Part shown: piece after piece, positions 39,792-53,570 of the stretch
How positions within the stretch are numbered: position 1 is the stretch's first letter
Layout: each line of letters starts with the position of its first letter
Source of the DNA: Escherichia phage DCP2
Sequence record: OR780565.1
Direction: 5' to 3' (one strand)
DNA length: 64,000 nucleotides
Translations under genes and position numbers: made by a program
The notes under the pieces: generated by a model
Told to the model about the DNA's origin: nothing
The model's input: only the letters and a program-made list of their open reading frames with translations
Databases searched by the model: none

Positions 39792-40441
39792 TTAAACTCC
39801 GCATGCCTGCTGGTGGTGAAAGATACATTGATGGTAAATCAGTTTATAAATTATACTTAATGATAAAACAACATATGAATGGAAAGTATGATGTAATTAA
39901 GTATAATTGGTGCATGCGGGTGTCTGATGCCGCTTATCAAAAGCGAAGGGATAAGTATTTTTTCCAGAAGTTATCAGAAAAATATAAATTAAAGGAACTT
40001 GCTTTAATCTTTATAAGCAATCTGGTTGCTAACCAGGATGCTTGGATTGGTGACATCTCTGACGCTGATGCACTTGTGTTTTATCGTGAATATATCGGAC
40101 GCTTAAAGCAAATTAAATTTAAGTTTGAAGAAGATATTCGCAACATTTATTATTTTAGTAAAAAAGTTGAAGTTTCTGCTTTTAAAGAAATCTTTGAGTA
40201 TAATCCAAAAGTTCAATCAAGTTATATTTTTAAACTACTTCAATCGAATATAATTTCGTTTGAGACGTTTATCTTGCTTGATTCGTTTTTAAATATAATC
40301 GATAAACATGATGAACAGACTGATAATTTAGTCTGGAATAATTATTCTATAAAGTTAAAAGCTTATAGAAAAATTTTAAATATTGATTCACAGAAAGCTA
40401 AAAGTGTTTTCATTGAAACTGTGAAATCTTGCAAGTATTAA
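39788..40441 (+). CDS. 59: helicase loader gp59 (217 aa)
   Basis: 217 aa as in T4 gp59; synteny 33-59-32. Confidence 0.9.
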   Translation: MIKLRMPAGGERYIDGKSVYKLYLMIKQHMNGKYDVIKYNWCMRVSDAAYQKRRDKYFFQKLSEKYKLKELALIFISNLVANQDAWIGDISDADALVFYREYIGRLKQIKFKFEEDIRNIYYFSKKVEVSAFKEIFEYNPKVQSSYIFKLLQSNIISFETFILLDSFLNIIDKHDEQTDNLVWNNYSIKLKAYRKILNIDSQKAKSVFIETVKSCKY

Positions 40442-40442
40442 T

Positions 40443-41075
40443 ATGAATATAGTATATTGGTTTACATTTGAAGACCGTGTCAAAAATAAGACTCCGCCGT
40501 ACTACTATATCGGCAGTAAATTAAATTGCTCATTTGAAAATGGAATAATATATGACTCTTCCGGAAAGGAATACTGGAGTTCATGTAAACAAAAGAGATT
40601 TTTAAATGCGGTAATGCTTCAAAAACCGAGCGTTAAAATAATTCAAATTGATGATGATTTGGATGTTATTGAAGCAGAGCGAAAATACCAACTTGAAGTA
40701 AATGCCAGAGATAATCCAGACTATTTTAATCTGGTATATGCTGGCGGCGGATTTGGTGTGAGTGGTGAAACTCATCCAGCCAAAGACCCGGAAGTTAGAG
40801 AGCATATGAGATTGGCTAATTATATGAACCGTGACGATTTTAGACCTTGGAAAACATCACGAGCTAATATAGAGTCTTGGAAATTATCTCATATTGCTTA
40901 CGAGAATTATGTGTTATTATTATCCTCTAATCTGTACGGTAAAACTCCTGGATGGCGAAGAGTTAAAGGTAATATAAATATAACTGATGCAACTGCTAAA
41001 TCAATGGTAAAGTATTTCAACTCAGGTTGGATACCTCTCGAAGACCCAGAGTATTGCGAATTATGCCAGCTATGA
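40443..41075 (+). mobile_element. segG: free-standing GIY-YIG homing endonuclease, SegG-like (210 aa)
   Basis: N-terminal GIY-YIG variant (NIVYWFTF ... YYYIGSK); inserted between 59 and 32 as T4 segG. Confidence 0.7.
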
Positions 41076-41125
41076 GGTAAAGTGTCATAGCACCAACTGT
41101 TAATTAAATTAAAAAGGAAATAAAA
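41069..41125 (+). promoter_or_regulatory. gene 32 translational operator (stem-loop/pseudoknot plus A/U-rich gp32-binding leader)
   Basis: GCTATGA 41069-41075 pairs with TCATAGC 41085-41091; unstructured AACTGTTAATTAAATTAAAAAGGAAATAAAA before ATG. Confidence 0.5.
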
Positions 41126-42034
41126 ATGTTTAAACGTAAATCTACTGCTGAACTCGCTGCACAAATGGCTAAACTGGCTGGAAATAAAGGTGGTTTTTCT
41201 TCTGAAGATAAAGGCGAGTGGAAACTGAAACTCGATAATGCGGGTAACGGTCAAGCAGTAATTCGTTTTCTTCCGTCTAAAAATGATGAACAAGCACCAT
41301 TTGCACTTCTTGTAAATCACGGTTTCAAGAAAAATGGTAAATGGTATATCGAAACATGCTCATCTACCTACGGTGATTACGATTCTTGTCCAGTATGTCA
41401 GTACATCAGTAAAAATGATTTGTACAACACTGACAATAAAGAGTATGGTCTTGTTAAACGCAAAACTTCTTACTGGGCTAACATTCTTGTTGTAAAAGAC
41501 CCAGCTGCTCCAGAAAATGAAGGTAAAGTATTTAAATATCGTTTCGGTAAGAAAATCTGGGATAAAATCAATGCAATGATTGCAGTTGATGTTGAAATGG
41601 GTGAAACTCCGGTTGATGTAACTTGCCCGTGGGAAGGTGCTAACTTTGTACTGAAAGTTAAACAAGTTTCTGGTTTTAGTAACTACGACGAATCTAAATT
41701 CCTGAATCAATCTGCGATTCCAAACATTGACGATGAATCTTTCCAGAAAGAACTGTTCGAACAAATGGTTGACCTTTCTGAAATGACTTCTAAAGATAAA
41801 TTCAAATCATTTGAAGAACTGAGCACTAAGTTCAGTCAAGTTATGGGAACTGCTGCTATGGGCGGTGCCGCAGCAACTGCCGCTAAGAAAGCTGATAAAG
41901 TTGCTGATGATTTGGATGCATTCAATGTTGATGACTTCAAAACAAAAACTGAAGATGATTTTATGAGCTCAAGCTCTGGCAGTTCATCTAGTGCTGATGA
42001 CACGGACCTGGATGACCTTTTGAATGACCTTTAA
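41126..42034 (+). CDS. 32: ssDNA-binding protein gp32 (302 aa)
   Basis: [50 protein letters not shown] matches recalled T4 gp32; acidic C-terminus. Confidence 0.95.
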   Translation: MFKRKSTAELAAQMAKLAGNKGGFSSEDKGEWKLKLDNAGNGQAVIRFLPSKNDEQAPFALLVNHGFKKNGKWYIETCSSTYGDYDSCPVCQYISKNDLYNTDNKEYGLVKRKTSYWANILVVKDPAAPENEGKVFKYRFGKKIWDKINAMIAVDVEMGETPVDVTCPWEGANFVLKVKQVSGFSNYDESKFLNQSAIPNIDDESFQKELFEQMVDLSEMTSKDKFKSFEELSTKFSQVMGTAAMGGAAATAAKKADKVADDLDAFNVDDFKTKTEDDFMSSSSGSSSSADDTDLDDLLNDL

Positions 42035-42056
42035 TAGATTATATTACTAATTAATT

Positions 42057-42081
42057 GGGGACCCTAGAGGTCCCCTTTTTT
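42057..42081 (+). terminator. intrinsic terminator GGGGACC-CTAGA-GGTCCCC + T6
   Basis: Perfect 7-bp stem then TTTTTT, after gene 32. Confidence 0.85.
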
Positions 42082-42136
42082 ATTTCAAAAATTTTTTCAC
42101 AAAACTGTTTACACCTCTGTTCTTCTATGGTACTAT
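42082..42136 (+). promoter_or_regulatory. T4-type early promoter with UP element (duplicate of the one at 24687)
   Basis: Identical 31-nt CTTTTTTATTTCAAAAATTTTTTCACAAAAC, GTTTAC 42107-42112, TACTAT 42131-42136. Confidence 0.6.
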
Positions 42137-42179
42137 ACAACTATCGGCAATACTGCTGACGATTAAAGAGGAAAATAAT

Positions 42180-42407
42180 ATGGCTAAAGTTGATATTGAC
42201 ATCGTTGATTTTGAATATATTGAAGAAATTATTCGTAATCGTTATCCTGAACTTAGTATCACAAGCGTACAAGATTCTAAGTTTTGGAGTATTCAAATCG
42301 TTATTGAAGGTCCTCTTGAAGACCTCACCCGCTTTATGGCTAATGAATATTGCGATGGCATGGATGCTGAAGACGCAGAATTTTATATGGGACTGATTGA
42401 ACAATAA
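42180..42407 (+). CDS. acidic hypothetical protein (75 aa)
   Basis: ORF track; SD AAAGAGGAAAA. Confidence 0.5.
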   Translation: MAKVDIDIVDFEYIEEIIRNRYPELSITSVQDSKFWSIQIVIEGPLEDLTRFMANEYCDGMDAEDAEFYMGLIEQ

Positions 42408-42452
42408 TTATCAAGGGGCTATTACAGTCCCGTTAAAATGAGGAAAATCAAA

Positions 42453-42839
42453 ATGGAAATCGGCAAAAAATATGAGTTAAATCCACACCGTATTAAATCT
42501 TTCATTGATATTAGTTCATCAAATGCTAATATGGTCAGCATCATTCAAGAAAATGGCGGTTGGTTTGAAGTTAAATCAATATCAAGTTTAGATGGCTTTG
42601 ATTATGTAACCGAAATCATTTGTGCTAATGGCGAAATCTATAATGATGATGGCATAGGTGATGATTATTTTGAACTTAGTGAAGAAGAGTTTTATTGTTT
42701 CCGCGAGTATAAAGAACCGACTTCTGAAGAAGATGAAGTCGAAGACAAGGTTTCTGGCGTAACAAAAATTCACTGCATTGTAGACGAAAACAATGTAGAT
42801 GAAATCATTGAACTTTTGCGAAAAACTTTTAAGGCCTAA
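42453..42839 (+). CDS. acidic hypothetical protein (128 aa)
   Basis: ATG 42453 with SD GAGGA. Confidence 0.5.
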   Translation: MEIGKKYELNPHRIKSFIDISSSNANMVSIIQENGGWFEVKSISSLDGFDYVTEIICANGEIYNDDGIGDDYFELSEEEFYCFREYKEPTSEEDEVEDKVSGVTKIHCIVDENNVDEIIELLRKTFKA

Positions 42840-42840
42840 T

Positions 42841-43101
42841 ATGACTAAAGATGATTTCCTGGATGCGGTAGAAAAAGCTAGTGAGAAATTTGAAGTGATG
42901 GGTGTACGGGTCCATAAAGACAGAAATTACGGACTCGATATTCAAACGTATTCGTTATGGCTTGTGGGTGAACACAGTCTTGTAACCAGTTTAGTTATGG
43001 GTGTCGATACCTATCCTCTATTGGTTAAGTTCAGAAGTATGGAAAAGGCTACTAAAGAAATGATTAAGCTTGGTAAGTGGCTCGATAAAATTCAAAAATA
43101 A
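42841..43101 (+). CDS. hypothetical protein (86 aa)
   Basis: ATG 42841 with SD AAGG; ORF-track start is upstream non-ATG. Confidence 0.5.
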   Translation: MTKDDFLDAVEKASEKFEVMGVRVHKDRNYGLDIQTYSLWLVGEHSLVTSLVMGVDTYPLLVKFRSMEKATKEMIKLGKWLDKIQK

Positions 43102-43103
43102 TT

Positions 43104-43133
43104 GTTTACAACGGGCTATGGTAGTGATACTAT
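43104..43133 (+). promoter_or_regulatory. T4-type early promoter
   Basis: GTTTAC 43104-43109, TACTAT 43128-43133; GGCTAT/ATAGCC inverted repeat flanks the -10. Confidence 0.5.
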
Positions 43134-43158
43134 AGCCTTATCAACTAAGGAGAATAAA

Positions 43159-43401
43159 ATGAGATTACAACGCCAGAGCATTAAAGATTCAGAAGTTAGA
43201 GGTAAATGGTATTTTAATATCATCGGTAAAGATTCTGATCTCGTTGAAAAAGCCGAACATCTTTTACGTGATATGGGATGGGAAGATGAATGCGATGGAT
43301 GCCCTCTTTATGAGGATGGAGAAAGCGCAGGATTCTGGATTTATCATTCTGACGTTGAACAGTTTAAAGCTGATTGGAAAATTGTGAAAAAGTCTGTTTG
43401 A
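43159..43401 (+). CDS. hypothetical protein (80 aa)
   Basis: ATG 43159 with SD AAGGAG. Confidence 0.5.
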   Translation: MRLQRQSIKDSEVRGKWYFNIIGKDSDLVEKAEHLLRDMGWEDECDGCPLYEDGESAGFWIYHSDVEQFKADWKIVKKSV

Positions 43402-43992
<591 letters not shown>

Positions 43993-44000
43993 AATAACAC

Positions 44001-44360
44001 GTGGCGGAAAATATGAGCTTTAATTATTACCCTATTCTATTAGAAAAAGACGCGAAACAGCCAAAATGGCAGGGTCCTCAGTTTATTAAAGGCGTCTATC
44101 AATTAGTAGTTCCTAAAGACAAGATTTATAGTAGTTGTTTCACTGAATCCGCTTGCAGTATTTTCGGTAATAGTTCTCCGTATTGGAATTTTGATATAAA
44201 GCTTGACAGAAATATCGATATTTGGTTGAAAGCTATGGATATTGGCAATATCACGTTTGATGAGAATAATTATCATATTATTGGTCGCTTTTCCAAGCGT
44301 GGTAAAGAATTATATTTCACGCCTGAAATTGAAAGAAAATTTGACGCTAAACCGTATTGA
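44001..44360 (+). CDS. hypothetical protein on an insertion between frd and td (119 aa from GTG 44001, or 115 aa from ATG 44013)
   Basis: Open frame with its own stop; no motif recognised. Confidence 0.5.
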   Translation: MAENMSFNYYPILLEKDAKQPKWQGPQFIKGVYQLVVPKDKIYSSCFTESACSIFGNSSPYWNFDIKLDRNIDIWLKAMDIGNITFDENNYHIIGRFSKRGKELYFTPEIERKFDAKPY

Positions 44361-44405
44361 TTATTTAGCTTCATAAAATGTATTATAATTTATATAAGGT
44401 ACTAA

Positions 44406-45266
44406 ATGAAACAATACCAAGATTTAATTAAAGACATTTTTGAAAATGGCTATGAAACTGATGACCGAACAGGCACAGGAACAATTGCTTTGTTCGGTAC
44501 TAAATTACGCTGGGATTTAAGTAAAGGTTTTCCTGCAGTAACGACTAAGAAGCTCGCCTGGAAAGCTTGCATTGCTGAGCTAATATGGTTTTTATCGGGA
44601 AGCACAAATGTCAATGATTTGCGATTAATTCAACATGATTCATTAATTCAAGGCAAAACAGTCTGGGATGAAAATTACGAAAATCAAGCAAAAGATTTAG
44701 GATACCATAGCGGTGAACTTGGTCCAATTTATGGAAAACAATGGCGTGATTTTGGCGGTGTAGACCAAATTGTAGAAGTTGTTGATCGTATTAAAAAACT
44801 GCCGAATGATAGGCGTCAAATTGTTTCTGCGTGGAATCCAGCTGAACTTAAATATATGTCATTACCGCCTTGTCATATGTTTTATCAGTTTAATGTGCGT
44901 AATGGATATTTGGATTTGCAGTGGTATCAACGTTCGGTAGATGTTTTTCTTGGTCTTCCATTTAATATTGCATCATATGCTGCGTTAGTTCATATTGTAG
45001 CTAAGATGTGTAATCTTATTCCAGGAGATTTGATATTTTCTGGTGGTAATACTCATATCTATATGAATCACGTAGAACAATGTAAAGAAATTTTGCGTCG
45101 TGAACCTAAAGAGCTCTGTGAACTGGTAATAGGCGGATTGCCTTATAAATTCCGCTATCTTTCTACTAAAGAACAATTGGAATACATTCTTAAACTCAGG
45201 CCTAAAGATTTCGTTCTCAAAGATTATCAGTCCCATGGTGTCTTGAAAGGAAAAATGGCGGTGTAA
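44406..45266 (+). CDS. td: thymidylate synthase, uninterrupted (286 aa)
   Basis: MKQYQDLIKDIFENGYETDDRTGTGT..., catalytic PPCH; contiguous 286-codon ORF. Confidence 0.95.
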   Translation: MKQYQDLIKDIFENGYETDDRTGTGTIALFGTKLRWDLSKGFPAVTTKKLAWKACIAELIWFLSGSTNVNDLRLIQHDSLIQGKTVWDENYENQAKDLGYHSGELGPIYGKQWRDFGGVDQIVEVVDRIKKLPNDRRQIVSAWNPAELKYMSLPPCHMFYQFNVRNGYLDLQWYQRSVDVFLGLPFNIASYAALVHIVAKMCNLIPGDLIFSGGNTHIYMNHVEQCKEILRREPKELCELVIGGLPYKFRYLSTKEQLEYILKLRPKDFVLKDYQSHGVLKGKMAV

Positions 45267-45289
45267 TTAATTATTAATTGTGAGGATAT

Positions 45290-45553
45290 ATGATTTTACG
45301 ATTTAAAGATACTTCTGGTGTAGTTCTTTTTACACTTCCTAATCCAAGTGAGCTAGAAGTTCCAGGACCAAATCAGCCTATTATCATTTATGGCAAAAAA
45401 TATTATACTCATAAAATGACTCGTGAGTATTTTGATAATAAAATTTCCACAGTTAAAACTTCTTCTGACTGTTACTACGATATTACTGTTTTAACGGAAA
45501 AACAATATGCCGAATTATCACCGCGCGGGCCGTCTATGTCGGGTAGTGAATAA
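45290..45553 (+). CDS. hypothetical protein (87 aa)
   Basis: ORF track. Confidence 0.45.
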   Translation: MILRFKDTSGVVLFTLPNPSELEVPGPNQPIIIYGKKYYTHKMTREYFDNKISTVKTSSDCYYDITVLTEKQYAELSPRGPSMSGSE

Positions 45554-45836
45554 ATACAAATCCGACTTTGATGTTAATATTCACCGTGGTACATTTTGGG
45601 GAAATTACGTCGGTAAAGATGCTGGCAGCCGGGAGGTTGCCATTGAATTATTCAAAAAAGATTTTATACGTCGAATTAAATCCGGAGAAATAACTAAAGC
45701 ACATTTAGAGCCTTTACGTGGAATGAGGCTAGGATGCACATGTAAACCAAAGCCGTGTCATGGTGATATAATAGCTCATATAGTTACCGATTGTTTAAAG
45801 ACGATTTTCAAGTTGAGGACTTATGCAATTAATTAA
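45507..45836 (+). CDS. hypothetical protein with C-terminal CxC...PCH motif (start uncertain)
   Basis: ORF track; [12 protein letters not shown] near C-terminus; overlaps neighbours. Confidence 0.45.
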   Translation: MPNYHRAGRLCRVVNKYKSDFDVNIHRGTFWGNYVGKDAGSREVAIELFKKDFIRRIKSGEITKAHLEPLRGMRLGCTCKPKPCHGDIIAHIVTDCLKTIFKLRTYAIN

Positions 45837-48087
45837 TGTTATCAAAAGTAGTGGTGTTTCTCAGAGCTTTGACCCGCAAAAAATTATTAAAGTTTTATCT
45901 TGGGCAGCTGAGGGAACATCAGTAGATCCTTATGAATTATATGAAAATATTAAATCTTATCTCCGTGATGGAATGACAACTGATGATATTCAGACTATTG
46001 TCATTAAGGCTGCTGCGAATTCTATTTCGGTTGAAGAGCCTGATTATCAATATGTAGCTGCACGTTGTCTAATGTTCGCTCTTCGTAAGCATGTTTATGG
46101 GCAGTATGAACCGCGTTCATTTATTGACCATATTTCTTACTGTGTAAATGAAGGTAAATATGACCCTGAATTATTGTCAAAATATTCAGCAGAAGAAATT
46201 ACATTTTTAGAATCAAAAATTAAGCACGAGCGGGATATGGAATTTACTTATTCCGGGGCGATGCAATTAAAAGAAAAATATTTAGTTAAAGATAAAACCA
46301 CTGGTCAAATTTATGAAACTCCTCAGTTTGCATTTATGACTATTGGAATGGCATTGCATCAAGATGAACCTGTTGATAGATTAAAACATGTTATTCGTTT
46401 TTATGAAGCAGTATCTACTCGACAGATTTCATTACCAACTCCTATTATGGCTGGTTGCCGTACTCCAACTCGGCAGTTTAGTTCATGCGTTGTTATTGAG
46501 GCAGGTGATTCATTAAAGTCTATTAATAAGGCTTCTGCTTCAATTGTTGAATATATCTCCAAACGTGCTGGAATTGGTATTAACGTTGGTATGATTCGTG
46601 CCGAAGGTTCTAAGATTGGCATGGGTGAAGTGCGTCATACTGGTGTTATTCCTTTTTGGAAACATTTTCAGACTGCTGTTAAATCATGCTCACAGGGCGG
46701 AATTCGTGGCGGCGCTGCTACTGCTTATTATCCTATTTGGCATTTGGAAGTTGAAAATCTTCTCGTTTTGAAAAATAACAAAGGCGTAGAAGAAAACCGC
46801 ATTCGTCATATGGATTATGGTGTTCAACTGAATGATTTGATGATGGAACGATTCGGAAAGAACGATTACATTACTTTGTTCAGTCCACATGAAATGGGTG
46901 GCGAGCTTTATTATTCTTATTTTAAAGACCAAAACCGTTTCCGTGAATTATACGAAGCAGCAGAAAAAGACCCTAATATTCGTAAAAAGCGTATTAAAGC
47001 CCGTGAACTATTTGAATTGCTCATGACTGAACGTTCAGGAACCGCAAGGATTTATGTGCAGTTCATTGATAATACGAATAACTATACTCCGTTTATTCGT
47101 GAAAAGGCGCCTATTCGTCAGAGTAACTTGTGTTGTGAAATTGCTATTCCAACAAATGATGTGAATAGTCCTGATGCTGAAATTGGATTGTGTACTCTCT
47201 CTGCATTCGTACTAGATAATTTTGACTGGCAAGACCAAGATAAAATTAATGAATTGGCAGAAGTTCAAGTTCGTGCTCTTGATAATCTTTTGGATTACCA
47301 AGGATATCCAGTTCCTGAAGCAGAAAAAGCTAAAAAGCGTCGTAACCTCGGTGTAGGTGTTACTAACTATGCAGCTTGGCTGGCAAGTAACTTTGCTTCT
47401 TATGAAGATGCTAACGATTTAACACATGAACTATTTGAGAGATTACAGTATGGACTCATTAAAGCATCCATTAAACTCGCCAAAGAAAAAGGACCTTGCG
47501 AATATTATTCAGACACTCGTTGGTCTCGAGGCGAATTACCTATTGACTGGTACAATAAAAAGATTGACCAAATCGCAGCTCCAAAATACGTTTGTGACTG
47601 GTCGTCGCTGCGGGAAGACCTTAAGCTCTTTGGCATCCGTAATAGCACATTATCAGCACTTATGCCATGTGAGTCATCTTCCCAAGTTTCTAACAGTACA
47701 AATGGTATCGAGCCTCCACGTGGACCAGTCTCTGTTAAAGAATCAAAAGAGGGTTCCTTCAATCAAGTCGTGCCCAATATTGAACATAACATAGACCTCT
47801 ATGATTATACATGGAAATTAGCTAAGAAAGGTAATAAACCTTATCTTACGCAGGTAGCTATTATGCTGAAATGGGTATGTCAATCAGCTTCAGCGAATAC
47901 ATATTATGACCCACAGATTTTTCCAAAAGGAAAGGTTCCAATGTCAATAATGATTGATGACCTTTTGTATTTTTGGTATTTTGGCGGAAAAAATTTCTAT
48001 TATCATAATACCCGTGATGGTTCTGGTACTGATGATTATGAAATAGAAACTCCAAAAGCTGAAGATTGTTCATCCTGTAAATTATGA
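45823..48087 (+). CDS. nrdA: ribonucleotide reductase large subunit NrdA (754 aa)
   Basis: 754 aa as in T4 NrdA; ATP-cone N-terminus, class Ia RNR motifs. Confidence 0.95.
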   Translation: MQLINVIKSSGVSQSFDPQKIIKVLSWAAEGTSVDPYELYENIKSYLRDGMTTDDIQTIVIKAAANSISVEEPDYQYVAARCLMFALRKHVYGQYEPRSFIDHISYCVNEGKYDPELLSKYSAEEITFLESKIKHERDMEFTYSGAMQLKEKYLVKDKTTGQIYETPQFAFMTIGMALHQDEPVDRLKHVIRFYEAVSTRQISLPTPIMAGCRTPTRQFSSCVVIEAGDSLKSINKASASIVEYISKRAGIGINVGMIRAEGSKIGMGEVRHTGVIPFWKHFQTAVKSCSQGGIRGGAATAYYPIWHLEVENLLVLKNNKGVEENRIRHMDYGVQLNDLMMERFGKNDYITLFSPHEMGGELYYSYFKDQNRFRELYEAAEKDPNIRKKRIKARELFELLMTERSGTARIYVQFIDNTNNYTPFIREKAPIRQSNLCCEIAIPTNDVNSPDAEIGLCTLSAFVLDNFDWQDQDKINELAEVQVRALDNLLDYQGYPVPEAEKAKKRRNLGVGVTNYAAWLASNFASYEDANDLTHELFERLQYGLIKASIKLAKEKGPCEYYSDTRWSRGELPIDWYNKKIDQIAAPKYVCDWSSLREDLKLFGIRNSTLSALMPCESSSQVSNSTNGIEPPRGPVSVKESKEGSFNQVVPNIEHNIDLYDYTWKLAKKGNKPYLTQVAIMLKWVCQSASANTYYDPQIFPKGKVPMSIMIDDLLYFWYFGGKNFYYHNTRDGSGTDDYEIETPKAEDCSSCKL

Positions 48088-48138
48088 TATAATTTGACTC
48101 ATGGACGAGTCACTATCTATTAACTAAGTGGAAAATTT

Positions 48139-49317
48139 ATGAGCACAGTTTTTAATACAAATCCAGTTGATGTTTTAAAAGAACCTATGTTTTTTGGTTC
48201 AGGTCTTGGTATTGCGCGTTATGATATTCAACGTCATAAAGTTTTTGAAGATTTAACCGAAAAGCAGTTGTCATTTTTCTGGCGTCCTGAAGAAGTAAAC
48301 TTAATGATGGATGCTGCGCAATTTAATAAGCTTCCTCAGTATCAGCAAAATATTTTTACTAATAACCTGAAGTATCAATCACTTTTGGATAGCATTCAGG
48401 GTCGTGCGCCGTCTGCTGTACTTATGTCATTAATTTCAGACCCAAGCCTTGATACATGGGTTGCTACGTGGACTTTTAGTGAAACTATTCACAGCCGTTC
48501 ATATACACATATCATGCGAAATCTTTATACTGATCCATCGAAAGTATTTGATGAAATTGTATTAGATGAAGCTATTATGAAACGTGCTGAATCCATTGGA
48601 CGTTATTATGATGATGTTCTTAAGAAAACCCGTGAATGGGAAAATGCTAAAGAATTTGTAGAACTAGCTAAAGAATCTCCTGATGCTGATTTTCGTTTAA
48701 ATCGAGCTATTAAACAAGAAGCCGAAGCTAAACGAGCACTAATGAAATCTCTTTATCTTTGCCTTCATGTAATCAATGCATTGGAAGCTATTCGTTTTTA
48801 TGTATCTTTCGCATGTACCTTTAACTTCCATAAGAACATGGAAATCATGGAAGGTAATGCCAAGATTATGAAGTTCATTGCGCGTGATGAGCAGCTTCAC
48901 CTTAAAGGCACTCAATATATTATTCGTCAACTTCAACTTGGCACTGATGGTGATGAATGGGTTAAAATTGCTCAAGAGTGTGAACAAGAAGCAGTTGATA
49001 TTTTCATGGAAGTTAACCGCCAAGAAAAAGACTGGGCAGTTCATTTATTTAAAGATGGTGATGTTCCTGGATTAAATACAAATAGCATGTGGAGCTTTAT
49101 TGATTACTTAACTGTATCTCGTATGAAACAGTGCGGTCTTCCATGCCCAATTACTGATGCTCCGGTTAAACATCCGTATCCTTGGATTCGTGAATACCTT
49201 AATTCTGATAATGTTCAATCCGCGCCGCAAGAAGTAGAACTGTCATCTTACCTTGTAGCACAGATTGATAATGATGTTGATGATAAAGTTATGATGAGTT
49301 TTAAAAAATATTTTTAA
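48139..49317 (+). CDS. nrdB: ribonucleotide reductase small subunit NrdB, uninterrupted (392 aa)
   Basis: Di-iron ligands (E..H motifs), C-terminal Tyr; contiguous ORF. Confidence 0.95.
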   Translation: MSTVFNTNPVDVLKEPMFFGSGLGIARYDIQRHKVFEDLTEKQLSFFWRPEEVNLMMDAAQFNKLPQYQQNIFTNNLKYQSLLDSIQGRAPSAVLMSLISDPSLDTWVATWTFSETIHSRSYTHIMRNLYTDPSKVFDEIVLDEAIMKRAESIGRYYDDVLKKTREWENAKEFVELAKESPDADFRLNRAIKQEAEAKRALMKSLYLCLHVINALEAIRFYVSFACTFNFHKNMEIMEGNAKIMKFIARDEQLHLKGTQYIIRQLQLGTDGDEWVKIAQECEQEAVDIFMEVNRQEKDWAVHLFKDGDVPGLNTNSMWSFIDYLTVSRMKQCGLPCPITDAPVKHPYPWIREYLNSDNVQSAPQEVELSSYLVAQIDNDVDDKVMMSFKKYF

Positions 49318-49322
49318 GGAGT

Positions 49323-49336
49323 GGGCCGCAAGGCCC
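49323..49336 (+). promoter_or_regulatory. hairpin GGGCC-GCAA-GGCCC between the SD and the denA start codon
   Basis: SD AAGGAG 49316-49321, hairpin, then ATTTTATT and ATG 49345. Confidence 0.45.
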
Positions 49337-49344
49337 ATTTTATT

Positions 49345-50932
<1,588 letters not shown>

Positions 50933-50935
50933 GCT

Positions 50936-50965
50936 GTTTACAAGTCCCTCGTGTTGTGTTATAGT
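50936..50965 (+). promoter_or_regulatory. T4-type early promoter with SD-sequestering inverted repeat
   Basis: GTTTAC 50936-50941, TATAGT 50960-50965; AAGTCCCTC 50942-50950 pairs with GAGGACTT 50985-50992. Confidence 0.5.
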
Positions 50966-50996
50966 AGTCTTACTGACATAACATGAGGACTTTATG

Positions 50997-51500
50997 ATGG
51001 ATTTACAGCTTATTACTACTGAAATGGTCGTTGAAGCATACGGTGATACTACAGATGGGATTTCTGTATTTAAAGGAAATCGTCGAGTTGGATATATCAC
51101 CGATCTTAAGAAAGATTTAGCTAAGCAAGTCAAGCGGAAAACGACTATTAAAGAATATCGAAATCGTCGTCTTGAGCAAGCCCGTGATATGCTTCCTGAT
51201 GCGGTTGAGGAGATGAAAGTCTTTTTAGAAAATCAGCTTGCGAAATATGATTGTGATGTGTTCATTAATCAGACTCAACCTAATGTTCATATCAATAACT
51301 GTAAATGCTACATCATCGTTAATCCTTTGACGGGAAAACATCGTCTTGGAATTAGTAATCCAAATCGTAGTGCATCAGATATGGCAGAAGATGTTGAGGC
51401 ATGCTTTAAAATTTCTAAATCTCCGGCTGAACATCATATTTTAATTAACGGTCTTTCTCAAGACGATATTGTAGAGGTTATTAAAACTTTATGCATGTAA
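50997..51500 (+). CDS. alc: Alc-like protein (167 aa; alternative start 50994)
   Basis: Size and position between 63 and the spanin pair as in T4; positional. Confidence 0.55.
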   Translation: MDLQLITTEMVVEAYGDTTDGISVFKGNRRVGYITDLKKDLAKQVKRKTTIKEYRNRRLEQARDMLPDAVEEMKVFLENQLAKYDCDVFINQTQPNVHINNCKCYIIVNPLTGKHRLGISNPNRSASDMAEDVEACFKISKSPAEHHILINGLSQDDIVEVIKTLCM

Positions 51501-51844
51501 GTAATTTTACAGCTGGATTGCTATTACTTGTGATAGCATTTGGCGGAACATCTATTATTTTAAAAAATAAGGTAGAAAGATTAGAAACATCGGTTACTGA
51601 AATTACAAAAACAGCCAATGAAAACGCTTTAGCATTAGATAATTTGCGAATTCAGTATAATTATATTGATGCGATGAATAATAAAAATCGTGAGGCAATT
51701 GCTGCTATTGAGCGTGAAAATGAAAAACTGCGCAAAGATGCAAAGAAGGCGGATGTGGTGGCTCATAAGCCAGGATTGGTTGAAAAACAAATCAACAACT
51801 CCTTCAACAAGTTCGCAGAAGACATCCAGGACCTTTCTAAATGA
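51491..51844 (+). CDS. i-spanin (N-terminal TM, coiled coil; T4 pseT.3 equivalent)
   Basis: TM FTAGLLLLVIAFGGTSIIL then helical charged periplasmic domain. Confidence 0.65.
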   Translation: MHVSNFTAGLLLLVIAFGGTSIILKNKVERLETSVTEITKTANENALALDNLRIQYNYIDAMNNKNREAIAAIERENEKLRKDAKKADVVAHKPGLVEKQINNSFNKFAEDIQDLSK

Positions 51845-52140
51845 TTAAACTATCGGCAGTAATATTATCTATTGGTCTTCTAGTTGGTTGTTCGACAAAG
51901 CCTCTAGAAGTAAAGAAAGAAACAGTTCATCCTAATTGGCCTGTGCAAATAAAGTCATACGATGAAGCTAAACTATCTTGGCAAGTTAAAGTTATTGATG
52001 GTAAAGCTTGGGTCGGTATGCCATTTGAAGATTCCCAGGAATTTCGTATTTGGCTTAATGATGTAAAACGATATGTACATGACCAAAAAACTATGATATG
52101 TTATTATCGTCAAGAGCTAAAAGAGGATAAATGTAAATGA
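51841..52140 (+). CDS. o-spanin lipoprotein (T4 pseT.2 equivalent)
   Basis: Lipobox LLVGCS after signal peptide; overlaps i-spanin stop. Confidence 0.65.
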   Translation: MIKLSAVILSIGLLVGCSTKPLEVKKETVHPNWPVQIKSYDEAKLSWQVKVIDGKAWVGMPFEDSQEFRIWLNDVKRYVHDQKTMICYYRQELKEDKCK

Positions 52141-52363
52141 TTTCATGGCATCAATTTGAACATCTCAAAGGATTGATTTATGAATCCGAGATGGCTGCAA
52201 TGATTTATGGACGTCAGATTCAACGATTAGAATCTTTACCTCCAACTAATGATGTTTTATTAGCTCAATCTCGGGCTAATCTTAAAAATGAATACCAAAA
52301 TAAGTGGGGTAAAGCATCTAAAGACCTGCATGATTATATTCAATCATTAGTTGAGAAAAATAA

Positions 52364-52367
<4 letters not shown>
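52137..52367 (+). CDS. hypothetical protein (76 aa)
   Basis: ORF track; ATGA coupling. Confidence 0.45.

Positions 52368-53570
<1,203 letters not shown>

Noticed and set aside
44406-49317. Searched td and nrdB for group I introns and intron-encoded homing endonucleases
   Set aside because: Both genes are single uninterrupted ORFs of the expected spliced length; no ~1 kb interruptions or internal stops.
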